From Psammoneis japonica (Eukaryota): DNA of 64,000 nt. The stretch lies in contig QPGO01000111.1 of assembly GCA_008632985.1 (NCBI GenBank), forward strand, positions 62,001 through 126,000. Reading direction: 5' to 3'. The position numbers and the translations under genes are program-made. The first letter of the stretch is position 1. Every line of letters begins with the position of its first letter. Shown here one piece after another: positions 41,515 to 52,446 of this stretch. The notes beneath the pieces were generated by a model. It made no database searches. It was not told the origin of the DNA and worked only from the letters and a program-made list of their open reading frames with translations.

Positions 41515-43578
41515 TCACAATTGTCCGACCTGTCGAAGAAGCTCCAAGTTTTCATCTTCTTCATCCTGGTAGACTTCCTCTAGTTGTAGCTGAATCAAAT
41601 CCTTTGCATCCGCCATGCCATTTTTTTTACAAAGCACAGCGTTGCATGCGCTCTTGTACATTTCTCCGCCGTATTCACTAGACACCAAGCTCCAAAACGA
41701 GTACAGCTTCTGGTTTGTTCGTTGCACGTACATGAGAATCATGTTCAAGGCTCTGGCAGCCTCCAACACAATGACCGTCTTTTCTGCAAGGACCGAATGA
41801 TAAAATACTTGAACCAACAAAGCAATCCCCGACTTTACTCGTATGCTACCAACTTGGTCATGATTCCTATTGGTTGAGTTGGTCGTTGATTCTTCCGTGG
41901 CGTTTGCAATCATCTGAGTTCGAAGCAATGCGATTCCCTCGGATGTTTGACAGTACAAAATTGAAAAGAGACTCAGCAACTCCACACACAACGCATCGAG
42001 TCCATAATCGTCAGCCGCGTTTGCGTCACTTAGATAATCCCCGAGAACCCTATAGTCCATAATGTCGAGAATCAATGCCAACAGTCGACGGGAGTAGTTC
42101 CCGTTCCCATATAAATCCAAGAATTCCTTTTGATTTGACAGGACGAGCTTCTTCATTACATGAAAAGCACTCGTGCAAAGGTCCATGGCCTCTTCAAATT
42201 GCGCAGAAGCTAGATCAATTGTGGCGGCACCAGATACGCTTCCCTCGTACAGGGCACGATGAAAGCGGTGTTTCGTCTTCTTGTTTAGGCATGAATGAAA
42301 GAAAGGCTCCAACAAGACGCACATGATACATTCGCCGCAGTAGCTGTTCTTGTCGCAAAAGATGCCTTGCTTTTTCGGAAAGTAGATGTCTTGCCACCAC
42401 CTAATTGAAGAGTCGTTGGATGAAATCAACAAGGATAGAATTAAAAGAGATTCGCGTGCCAACTTCAAGGAGCTATCCTTGTCGCCGACGAGTGCCTGCT
42501 TGACAAAACCAACGAGCCTGGATATCACGTCACGACTTGTGTCCACTCGATACAGAGCATTCGATGTAGCGCTACCAGTCATGGAAGCGTCAGAGCCCAG
42601 CAGTGTTTGCGCGAGTTGTCCCAAACCATTCTCGCTAGACGATATCTCGCCGTCCTTGACGAATCTTATGCGACTGCGCTTTCTTGATGGCCTTGCTCGC
42701 ATAAAGTCATCTCGTCCGGGTTTGCTCCACAGCAAGATCTGATAGAAAACTTTAAGTGCTATGACTTGCTCTGTCTGGTTCTGGAGACACGATTGCGTAC
42801 GCTGAATGATCTCCCAGACAAAATCCAACTCTGAAATGGTATTGCTACACTGTCTGACATGGGACAAAAACTGGTATAAATCTTGCAGTTTACTGTCAGT
42901 AACGTCCCGAGGAAGTATCGTTGAAAGAATATGAGAAGCGAGTCGTTCGACAGTCCCATAATCGCGACGAGTAGCCTGTATTGGAACGTGATGATGAACA
43001 ACGATTGTTCTCGTCTTTGTAACGACACGAGGAGGAGGCGGAGTAGGTGTAGGTGGTAGAGCAGCAGCAGCGTTTGGTGAAACTGAGTGACTAATCAATG
43101 ACGCATTGGGATGATGCTGTTGGTGTTGCTGCTGCTTTTGGTGCTGTTTGAGTCTCGCATGAGCGAGATTAGCTTCTTGCTGAGCGCGACGCAATGCCTC
43201 CTGAGTTTGATGCAATTTCTGTCTTGATTCTTCTTGTACCATTTTGACGGAATGGCTCGTTTCTGCCTGAACCGTCGCCAAGGTAGCTGATAATTCAAAG
43301 ACCTGATCATCTTTTGCGACGAGTTCCAATCGTAATTGTTGAATCTAGAGAGAGAAACAAACATACCTGAGTACACAATGTCGAAAAGCAGCGAAAAAAT
43401 GCCGTTCGTGAAAACATACCTGTCGTTGTAGTTCTTCCTTTTCGCGCTTATCAGCATTATCATAGGAAGGAGGGATCAAGGGAGGATGATTAGAAGCTTG
43501 TTCGTGATAGCCATTTGTTCCGGGCGCGGATGAAGAGCCGTCGGTAGTCCACGCCATTTTGTCTTTGGACTGTTGCAT
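41515..43578 (-). CDS. Uncharacterised ~660-aa protein, N-terminal coiled coil and helical C-terminal region, 2 exons
   Basis: Exon 43420-43578, GT-AG intron 43345-43419 (cag|gtatgt...ctctag|att), in frame with the long ORF ending at 41515. Normal codon composition. Confidence 0.85.
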
Positions 43579-43744
43579 GTTGCATATTTTTGCTACAGTA
43601 TCGTATCGCGGCGCTCGCGGCGCTCGCTCGGCGGCGTTTCGCCGCGGTTAGTTCGCTCGCTTCTGCATTGGGCGCGTTGACTGCTGACGCAGCCTGCGCT
43701 GCGCTGCGCTGCCTGCGCGCTGCCTGCCTGGAATTCGATCGAGT

Positions 43745-43817
43745 GAATTGATTTGATTGATTGAATTGATTGATGGATGGATGGATTTCATTGAGATGTT
43801 TGAATTGATTGATTTGA
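43745..43817. repeat. Imperfect (GATT/GATG)n microsatellite near the domain boundary
   Basis: tgaattgatttgattgattgaattgattgatggatggatggattt... Confidence 0.7.
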
Positions 43818-44905
43818 CATTTCCATTGTTCTGCCGTCGGCAAATTCCAAAGCCCTCTCTAGAGAGAGAGACTGCGGTGCTCCAAGCTGGTGCTTTTGTC
43901 CTCTCTCTGCTCTCTCGAACATCCAGCTCATTGGCTTCTCTCTTTCTTCTGTGTCCCAGCACAGTTCAAGAGAACAACAACTCAACTTTTTGTTCATCAT
44001 GTGGTGAAATGATGTTGCTTGTGTGGGCTGGTGAAAGGCTGATGCAGAGGCAAAGTGGTTAGAGACAGCTGGCTAAAAAAATGCAAAATGCAAGAAAAAC
44101 GATTGTGGTGCAGCGACACTGGCCACCATGAGACAGCTCTGTTCTTCTCTCATTGTGACCTTGGTCGGCACCTGTCATTGATGTGTGACAAAGGCCGCTG
44201 CATTTAGATCCCACCTGATGGCACCACAAGAGCTTTGAGTGCCATGTGGTGGGTGCTGATTTCTGTGGAAATTGGGACAAAACAATCACATGACAGAGGA
44301 TCCCAACGCAGCAAAGTCGTGCAGCGGCTCTGTGTCATCAAGCATGGAGGAGCCCCTCTCTGTTGGTCATGAAAGTTGCAAATTAATTTGCTCTCAGCAG
44401 CAGTGAGAGTGAGCATTTGGCCCTCTGTCAGCTGTCACCAGACATGTCAAGGCACCTCTGTGCATTTGCTGGAAGAAGTCAACAAACTTTTGCAACATGC
44501 GTTGTCATGTGCGCACCACATGTGCATGTCCACATGTCAAATAAAAGCACATTTCAATCGCACGTCAATCGTGGGTTCGTACGAAGTGCAGATCAGTCAC
44601 ACAGAAGTGATTGGATGTCGAGAATCGCAAATGCGATCGTACGATGATGTTGACATCTCATGTGTCAATGTCAATCGCATCCGGACAATCTGTCGTCACG
44701 ATCATATTCTCCGAAAGGCCTTTTGTCTGCAGGAGCAGCACAAAAGGTTTAGGCCATTGAGAACCCGTTCGGAGAAACCCAAAATGATTGCGCAGAAATG
44801 GTTCTCATAATTTTCACTTTTTGAACTTCATTCTACTTTCGTTTGCACTCGTTCTTCGAGCACAGTGCATTGTGCATACACACCACAGAAGGCAACAAGT
44901 TCAAG

Positions 44906-46060
44906 ATGAAGCTTTCACCTCATGCAACCAACGCCAAAACTTCGTCAAGGCAGGAGAAAATCGTCCCTCAACCGCTGGAATCGAACTCCGAGCCGAAGAG
45001 CCTCAAACCGAGCCAGCACCTCAAGATGGAGCAACGTTTTCATCCCGAGAAGAAGGACAGCCGCACCTGCACCATCAATGTTGAGTGCCACAAGAAACAA
45101 GGTGTCCCCAAGTTCATCGAATTTCTCAAGAGCTACGATCAACTTCCAGTGGGCCAGAATGTCAGGAAGCAATCTGATGAGTTTCGTCTCATGCACACGT
45201 TGCTCCAAGGAGACGCCCTGCGTGCTTTCGAGAATGCGGCAGCGAACCTTGAAGACGAATCTGCGGAAGGAAGCTTCGAGAAATGCCTGCAACATCTCAC
45301 GAGGCATGTGTTTCCCAAGAACGCACTTTCGGTGCAGAAACGTCATTTGCGTCGTGATCTCAAGAAGCCGGAGTCCATGAAAGTACGCGAAATTGCTGCT
45401 TGGGTCCAGGAAGTCAACGAAGACCTCAAGTTCCATCCTCCCTTTGGGAAGGAACAGAAGATCGAGGACGACGAGCTCAAGGACATCCTCTTCAACCTTG
45501 CACCTCGAAAGTGGCAGCGTCAGTCGACCGTCCAGGGTTTCGAAATTTTGAAACACACCCATGACGAGCTGGTTGAGTTCTTGGAGCGCCCAGAGGTCGC
45601 AGAAGACACATTTGATGGCATTCATGCCAAGGCTGATGGCAGTGGCGGCACTGCATCAAAAGCCAAGAGTGGTTCCCAACGTGGTTCCAAAAATGGTCAC
45701 CAACATGGTGCCGAAAAATCTCAGTCCGAGAAGTGGTGCATTTCATGCGAGAAATCCACTCACAACACGGACAAGTGCTGGTCGATCAAAAGACTTGCGA
45801 AAGAACGCCGTGGGAACTGTGAACCCGACCCGAAACGGCACCGTTCAAATGGCAATCGCACGTGGTCTCGTCGCGACAACGATGACGCCACTCGCAAAGA
45901 AGAGTTGAATGCTGTGGCGATCCAAGCAGTTCAAAAAATGCTCAAAGCGAGTTCTTCGAACAATGATGAAAAACACAAGAGCAAAGATTGTGATTCTGAC
46001 ACCCTTGACGAGGAAAATTGTCAGTTTGAAAAAATGACGCGCAGTGATTCCGAGGAATGA
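44906..46060 (+). CDS. gag: Gypsy Gag (hypermutated)
   Basis: Long ORF right after the 5' LTR with zinc-knuckle-like CISCEKSTHNTDKC. Confidence 0.85.
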   Translation: MKLSPHATNAKTSSRQEKIVPQPLESNSEPKSLKPSQHLKMEQRFHPEKKDSRTCTINVECHKKQGVPKFIEFLKSYDQLPVGQNVRKQSDEFRLMHTLLQGDALRAFENAAANLEDESAEGSFEKCLQHLTRHVFPKNALSVQKRHLRRDLKKPESMKVREIAAWVQEVNEDLKFHPPFGKEQKIEDDELKDILFNLAPRKWQRQSTVQGFEILKHTHDELVEFLERPEVAEDTFDGIHAKADGSGGTASKAKSGSQRGSKNGHQHGAEKSQSEKWCISCEKSTHNTDKCWSIKRLAKERRGNCEPDPKRHRSNGNRTWSRRDNDDATRKEELNAVAIQAVQKMLKASSSNNDEKHKSKDCDSDTLDEENCQFEKMTRSDSEE

Positions 46061-46156
46061 CTTGCACCGCAAGAGGAGTCTTGCGCTCCACTGGACATTG
46101 GGAAGCCCAGAAAAAGGGCCAAAGTAATTCATGCTAGTCCAGCAGTCGTCGCCCAT

Positions 46157-49100
46157 GTGAATGCTTCATTGGGCAAGGCGAAAAATGAGCCTCTACGCGT
46201 TCTCCTCGACAGCGGAACATCGTCAACCATAATTTTGCGCAAATTCACGCGGAAACTCAGAACAAAAGCATCCGCCACCAAACTCTGGGAAACCAAAGGA
46301 GGGCTCTTCACGACTGACAGTCGATGTAAGATCCAATTCTCCTCACCCGAATTTGACAAACATGAGATGATTGAAACAACGGTGTGTGTTGACAACTCCC
46401 CTTCTTCTTCGAGTCGTTATGACATGATCATGGGACGCGACTTAATGTCAAGTCTTGGGATGATGTTGGACTTCTCGAATGAAGAAATTAAGTGGGAAGA
46501 TGCAACTGCTCCTGTGAAGAATGTTGGCACACTCTTCGATGCCGATGTTTTTAAGTTGATTGCCGATCACATTGAGGAATCTCATGCAGTGATTGGTCTT
46601 AATGACAGGGTCAATCGGATCCTTGACTCAGACTGTCACGCTGCAAACCTCAACAATGTGACCGCAGCAGCCACTCATCTAACTCCTGAAGAGCAGAAGC
46701 AGCTGAACTTCCTCTTAAAAAGATTTGAAAACCTTTTCGATGGTTCTCCAGGCAAATGGACCGGGAAACCGGTGGATTTAAAGTTGAAATCGGGCGTGAG
46801 TCCGTATCATGCCAAACCATTTCCCGCGCCACAAGCCTTGGAGGCGACCACTCGTAAGGAGGTTGAAAGACCATGCAAGTTGAAAGTCTTAAGAAAAATA
46901 AATTGTTCTGAATGGGCGGCTCCAACCTTTGTTCAACCCAAGAAAAATGGCAGAGTTCGGTTCTTGTCCGACTTTCGAGAGCCAAACAAGAGGTTAATTC
47001 GCACTCCGTTTCCTCTGCCCAATGTTCAGGACATGCTACAGAAGCTTGAAGGCTTCATGCATGCAACGTCCCTAGATTTAAACATGGGACACTATCACAT
47101 CGAATTGACGCCGCATGCACGTCGGTTGTGCACGATCGTCATGCCTTGGGGCAAATGTGAGTGCTGTAGACTCCCGATGGGAATCTGTGGAGCTCCAGAC
47201 ATTTTCCAAGAGCACATGAGTGAGCTCATGGCAGGTCTGGAGTTCGTCAGAACTTACATTGACGACACATTGTGTCTTGCAAAAAGTGATTTTCAAGACC
47301 ACCTCAAGAAGCTTGAAACGGTGTTCTCACGCCTAGAACAAGCCGGATTGAAGGTCAATGCCGAGAAGTCCTTTTTCGCTAAACCCGAAGTAGACTGTCT
47401 GGGCTTTCATGTCACCCGCAAGGGCATCAGTCCGATTCCAAAAAAAGTAGAAGCGATTCACGCGATCGCAACTCCTAAAACTCGCAAGGAATTGCGACGC
47501 TTCATCGGTGTGATCAACTGCTGTCGAGACATGTGGCCTCGACGATCTCATGTTTTAGCTCCCTCAGCCAAACTCACTTCCACCCAAGTAAAGTGGCAAT
47601 GGACCGAAACAGAACAAAAAGCCTTCGAAAATGTGAAGCGCATCATCTCCAAAGATGTGCCATTGTCATGCCCGAATTTTAACACACCCTTTGAGATGTA
47701 CACCGATGCTGGTAAATCTCAATTGGGGGCGGTTGTCACTCAGAAAAACCGACCAATTGCCTTCTACAGCCGCAAGCTGAATGGAGCGCAGACGCGTTGT
47801 GCCACAACGGAAAAAGAGCTGTTGTCCACAGTGGAGACGTTAAAAGAGTTCCGAAATGTGCTGTTTGGCCAACAGACAAATGCATGTGCGGATCACAAAA
47901 AATCTCACACACAAAAATTTCACAATGGACAGAGTCATGCGTTGGCGTCCAACAATGGAAGAGTGCAGTCCCGAAACAATGTGCCTTGAGGGCAAGGCAA
48001 ATGTTGTCGCAGACGCGATCAGCCGACTTGCTGTGAAGAAAATAGAACCTGTGGAAACCCTCAGCACAGAAGAGCTGGCTGAAAAGGTCCTGCCAAAATC
48101 CTGCGACAATGTCTTTCCGTTAAATTACAAAGTTCTTGATTGTGAACAAAAATGGGATAAAGACATTCTCTCCCAATTGTCAAACAAGACGTTTCGTGCG
48201 AAGACTTTTCGTGGAGGCGAGCGAGACCGGTTGCTCATGTGTCACAAGGACAAAATTGTCGTCCCGAGGACGTTACAAAAGGCAGTGACAGATTGGTGTC
48301 ATGCATGCCTTCTTCACCCTGGCATAAATCGAACAGAAGAAACAATCTCACAACACCTGTGGTGGTCCACCTTGCGTGAAGACATACGAAAATACGTGTC
48401 GAGATGTGAGACGTGCCAAAAATTCAAAAAGAAACACAAGAAATGTGGACATTTACCTCCTGAGTGCGCAGAATCCGCACCATGGGAACGACTGTGTGTG
48501 GACCTTGTTGGGCCATACAAAATGCGTCGTAAGGGAAAGAAAAAACCCCCAGTCCTGAAATGTTTGACCATGATCGATCCAGCAACCGGATGGTTTGAAG
48601 TTGTGGAAATCCCAAATGAGGAGTCCACAACTGCAGCTGGACTGTTAGAACGAACATGGCCAAGCAGATGTCCTTGGCCATCGTCAATTGCACATGACCG
48701 TGGAAGTGAGTTCATCGGACACCAATTTGGAGAAATGGTGCAAGATGATTGTGGCGTTGAAGTCAAGCCCATGGCTGCACGAAATCCACAAGCAAACGCA
48801 ATTGTTGAACGCGCACATCAAGTGCTGGGGAACATGCTCCGTGCGTTTGATTTGCAACACACACCTCTAGATGCTGAGGATCCTTTCGCTGGAATGCTGT
48901 CAGCAGTGGCATTTGCGGTGCATTCCATGTGTCACACCACTGCGCAAGCTACACCAGGACAACCAGTCTTCAACAGAGACATGACATTTAACGTCCAACA
49001 TGTCACGGACTGGAAATCAATCCAGCAGCGAAAACAAGAAATCACAAATAAAAACAACGCTCGAGAGAATGCTCGACGTGCTCCTCACACGCACAGAGCA

Positions 49101-49241
49101 GGAGAAAAGACACTGCTCGAGAAAGACTCGCAAAAATTAGAACAGCCCCATGTTGGACCGCATGCAACAACAACGGCACATGCTGATGGCACAGCACAGA
49201 TCAAACGCAGTAACGTCATTGACACTGTCAACATTCGTTGA
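46157..49241 (+). pseudogene. pol: Gypsy Pol: protease, RT, RNase H, integrase (hypermutated; frameshift ~47900)
   Basis: LLDSG, SLDLNMGHYHI, LPMG, YIDD, YTDAG, TTEKELL, HPGINRT..CETC, CVDLVGP, DRGSEF, NPQANAIVER. Confidence 0.93.
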
Positions 49242-51820
49242 ACAATGCCGTTTAACGACTGACTCCAATGTGCAATTAGGGAGGCGAATGCAACATGCAT
49301 TGTCATGTGCGTGTTGCACATGTGTGTCCACACATTAAATAAAAGCACATTTCAATCGCACGTCAATCGTGGGTTCGCACGAAGTGCAGATCAGTCACAC
49401 AGAAGTGATTGGATGTCGAGAATCGCAAATGCGATCGTACGATGATGTTGACATCTCATGTGTCAATGTCAATCGCATCCGGACAATCTGTCGTCACGAT
49501 CACATTCTCCGAAAGGCCTTTTGTCTGTGGGAGCAGTGCAAAAGGTTTAGGCTGTTGAGAACCCGTTCGGAGAAACCCAAAATGATTGCGCAGAAATAAT
49601 TCTCACAATTTTCACTTTTTGAACTTCATTCTACTTTCGTTTGCACTCGTTCTTCGAGCACAGTGCACTTTCTTGCCGAGTGAGGACCCCACCCACAATT
49701 TTCTGCAAGCTTTTTGAGGACAACTTGGCAGTGCTTGAAACAGCCAAAGTGCCCAAGATGAGGCCCAGAACATGCCACATCAACAATGTCCACCACCACT
49801 TCCACTCAGAGGTTGCCGGTGGACGTTTGCTGATTGAAGTTGTTGGCACCAAGCTCCAACAGGCGGATTTCTTGACAACCAAAATGCCCAACCTGTCAAC
49901 ATTCTTGCACAATCATCTGTCTGTGCAGGGATGGCAACAACTTGGACCTTTCGGCATGAGGGAGTGTGACATCATGTGCACATTTGTGTGTTCAACATGC
50001 CTCAAGCTGCAAGAATGACTTGTTGCTGTGACCACCATCAACAACTGAACCACCTGCAGATCAATCAATGCAAACCCAATCAAGAATTTTGAGGCTCAAA
50101 TCAAGAAGAGAGTTCACTTTGTTCTTGTTCTCACACGAACAAGAACTTCTTGTTTGTGTCAAGTCTTTGACCCCTGTTCATCCATGTTGCCTTCAGTGCA
50201 TCTTTTGGTCACTTCTTGTTTCTTTGCAGCTCTTGTTGGTTGCAGAGCAGCACAATTCATGTTCTCACAATTTGGAAATTGGTGAAAACCAAACACTGCA
50301 TGATTGTCTGTGTCAATGCTGTTTTAAGTCTCTGTGGCCCAAAACTCCACACACCCACAGAAGGATCTCATCAGTGCATCATTTGTGGAGCTTGTCAGCT
50401 GACCCCTTGCTTGACAATTGAGGGAGTGGAGCAACATCCTTTCTGGTTGATGCGTCCACAGAAGACCTCTGAGAGTTTAGTTGCTGACCCAAAGTTTTGG
50501 TGCACCGCCGCGCAGTGCACCGGCAGCAAATCTGCTTGCTCTGTGAGACAAGACAGTTGTCCACAACAAAATTGTCACAGCTCACAATGCACATGCATCA
50601 ACAGCATTTTCTTGCATGACATTGAGTGGTCCAAGTGTTGCCTTTGGGAGGAAATGAAAAATGAACGAGAAATTTGGCACAAACACTCTTGCAAGAACCA
50701 GCATCATCACTCAACTTGCCAAATCTTGCCAACCAACATTTTGCAAAAATTGATCAATTCCACACAAACTGGGGGCACACTGTTCTCATGTGGAGTTTGC
50801 AGCAATGGCATGTGCCCCTGTTTTCCAAGGAAGAGAGAGAACACCACCACAAAAGCCTGTCAGGTGAACAGCATCAATGAGCTGCAGTGTTTGTGTGGCA
50901 CGATTTGTGTTCTGAGTGGCAAAATGGCTTGACAGTGTGCAGAATTGTTGCGGTGCATGGGCCTCTGTGCAAGCAAATCCATTTCCAGGGCATTTCACAT
51001 GCAGCCATTGTGGTGGTTGATGTTCAACAAAGGCCGAAAATGCATCTCATGTGACAAAGAGACAACATGTGAGAATGCCCAACTCCTTCTTCAGATTTGC
51101 CCCTTGGCTCAATTCACACAACCAAATGTTTGTGTGGAGGCCCCTGCTCATGGGTGGATCTGTCCAGCATTCCCAAATGCCCAATCGCGCTGATCAACAG
51201 ACTGTTTTTGCACAAACCGCAGCTGCTGCATGTAAATTTCTTCAACAGTCTCACTTCCGAAGGCGCCCCCCAACACCAACCCATGACACGGGCAGACAGC
51301 AGACCTGTTTTGGCAACTGAGGCAAGTGCGTGGCTGCAGGAAGTGGTCAGCCCCGCACACTTGTGACTTGGAGCTTTCTGCGGTGAAAATTGCGCACCCG
51401 ACCCGACACTGACAAAAACAGTCAGACAACTTCCGCTTGCCACAATGTGAGCTGCGTCTGATCAACAATTTGTGCAGAACAAGGGGCAACAGACAAAAGC
51501 CAGAACAAACATGTTTTGTGTTTGAAGTTGTTCAATGTTTTCAAACATTGTTTGAAGTGTTCAATTTTTTGTTGCAAATGTGTTGCTCTCCTGGGTTTTG
51601 CCCTTTTGGTCATTTCAAACTCATTCTGACAAAGTTTGAACTTGTTCCAACAAGCTTGATTGAAGTTTGGAACAGCATGTGCACAGTTGCACAAAAACAG
51701 CATTTTTTCTCTTGTTGCCCGGTGGGCAATGACAGAATTCTAAGAAGAGTTGAAGGTGCATGTCACTCTCTGGCTGAAACATGTGTGACCATGTACAAAA
51801 AGCCTGTCAGTTTGAAGAAA

Positions 51821-51884
51821 GCGGTAAATGGTTTAGTCGGTAACCGGTTACAAGAGGACCTAGGTTCGATTCCTGGGTATCGCA
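51821..51884 (+). ncRNA. tRNA-like Pol III unit in TRIM 5' LTR (no normal anticodon arm)
   Basis: A-box tggtttagtcgg, T-arm ctagg-ttcgatt-cctgg (B-box), acceptor-like gcggta/tatcgc-a, followed by TTTTT. Confidence 0.7.
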
Positions 51885-52321
51885 ATTTTTCAGGTTGATG
51901 GGTCGGATTTAATCGAGTTGGTCAATCTTGTTTAAATCCTGTCATGGTGCGAGGACCGTTGATGATTTGAACCCAGGTGTGTGTGCTCCTTCAAGATGAC
52001 TCTAAAACTGAGGAGAGGCTGCGGTGAGACAGACCGACGATGCACATAGTGCTCTTATTAGGGATGCCGAGGCCGGAATGGCCGCCCAATTATCAGTTCG
52101 CCGGGGAGGTCATGACATGTGCAGAAAAATGTGGCCCAGGTAGAAGGGGAGCTGTGAGAAGTATCATTGTCCAAAGAAAGGAACGTCAGACAGCTTCGTG
52201 ACGTCAGACAGCTTCGTGACATATGGGGAGTGACAGAATTCTAAGAAGAATTAAAGGTGTATGTCACTCTCTGGCTGAAACATGTGTGACTATGTACAAA
52301 AAGCCTGTCAGTTTGAAGAAA

Positions 52322-52385
52322 GCGGTAAATGGTTTAGTCGGTAACCGGTTACAAGAGGACCTAGGTTCGATTCCTGGGTATCGCA
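52322..52385 (+). ncRNA. tRNA-like Pol III unit in TRIM 3' LTR
   Basis: Identical to 51821-51884. Confidence 0.7.
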
Positions 52386-52446
52386 ATTTTTCAGGTTGAT
52401 GGGTCGGATTTAATCGAGTTGGTCAATCTTGTTTAAATCCTGTCAT

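Larger units (their letters stand above)
28190..41637. repeat. Tandem segmental duplication: copy A ~28190-35667 (carries the Helitron), copy B ~35668-41637 (carries the YR element)
   Basis: Same order in both copies: upstream gaccgccactg.gattttccttgcatg (28461; 35879), SnoaL-like gene, SAM gene, kinase-like gene, then the 3' end of the 41515 gene ending at tttttacaaagcac (35667; 41637). Homology left of 28460/35879 is weak. Confidence 0.85.
44491..49667 (+). mobile_element. Full-length Ty3/Gypsy LTR retrotransposon
   Basis: 379-bp TG...CA LTRs at 44491-44869 and 49289-49667, 4-bp TSD CTTT, PPT agggaggcgaa, domain order gag-PR-RT-RH-IN. Confidence 0.96.
44380..49970 (+). mobile_element. Old Ty1/Copia RNase H relic split by the Gypsy insertion
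   Basis: Left flank VHLLEEVNKL continues on the right as PTIFCKLFEDN..AKVPKMRPRTCHIN..HHHFHSEV..QQADFLT, followed by PPT-like atgagggag-TGT at ~49956-49967. Confidence 0.75.
51730..52445 (+). mobile_element. TRIM-like miniature non-coding LTR retrotransposon (716 bp)
   Basis: 215-bp LTRs TGACAG...CTGTCA at 51730-51944 and 52231-52445. PBS tggtgcgagga directly after the 5' LTR, PPT atatggggag before the 3' LTR, 286-bp non-coding interior. Confidence 0.92.

Noticed and set aside
41515..43578. Possible ATRIP/Ddc2-like identity (coiled coil + helical repeats)
   Set aside because: Architecture-level resemblance only; no diagnostic motif recognised.
51821..51884. Functional tRNA gene
   Set aside because: Only 64 nt, no proper anticodon arm, and embedded in both LTRs. 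Reported as tRNA-like instead.
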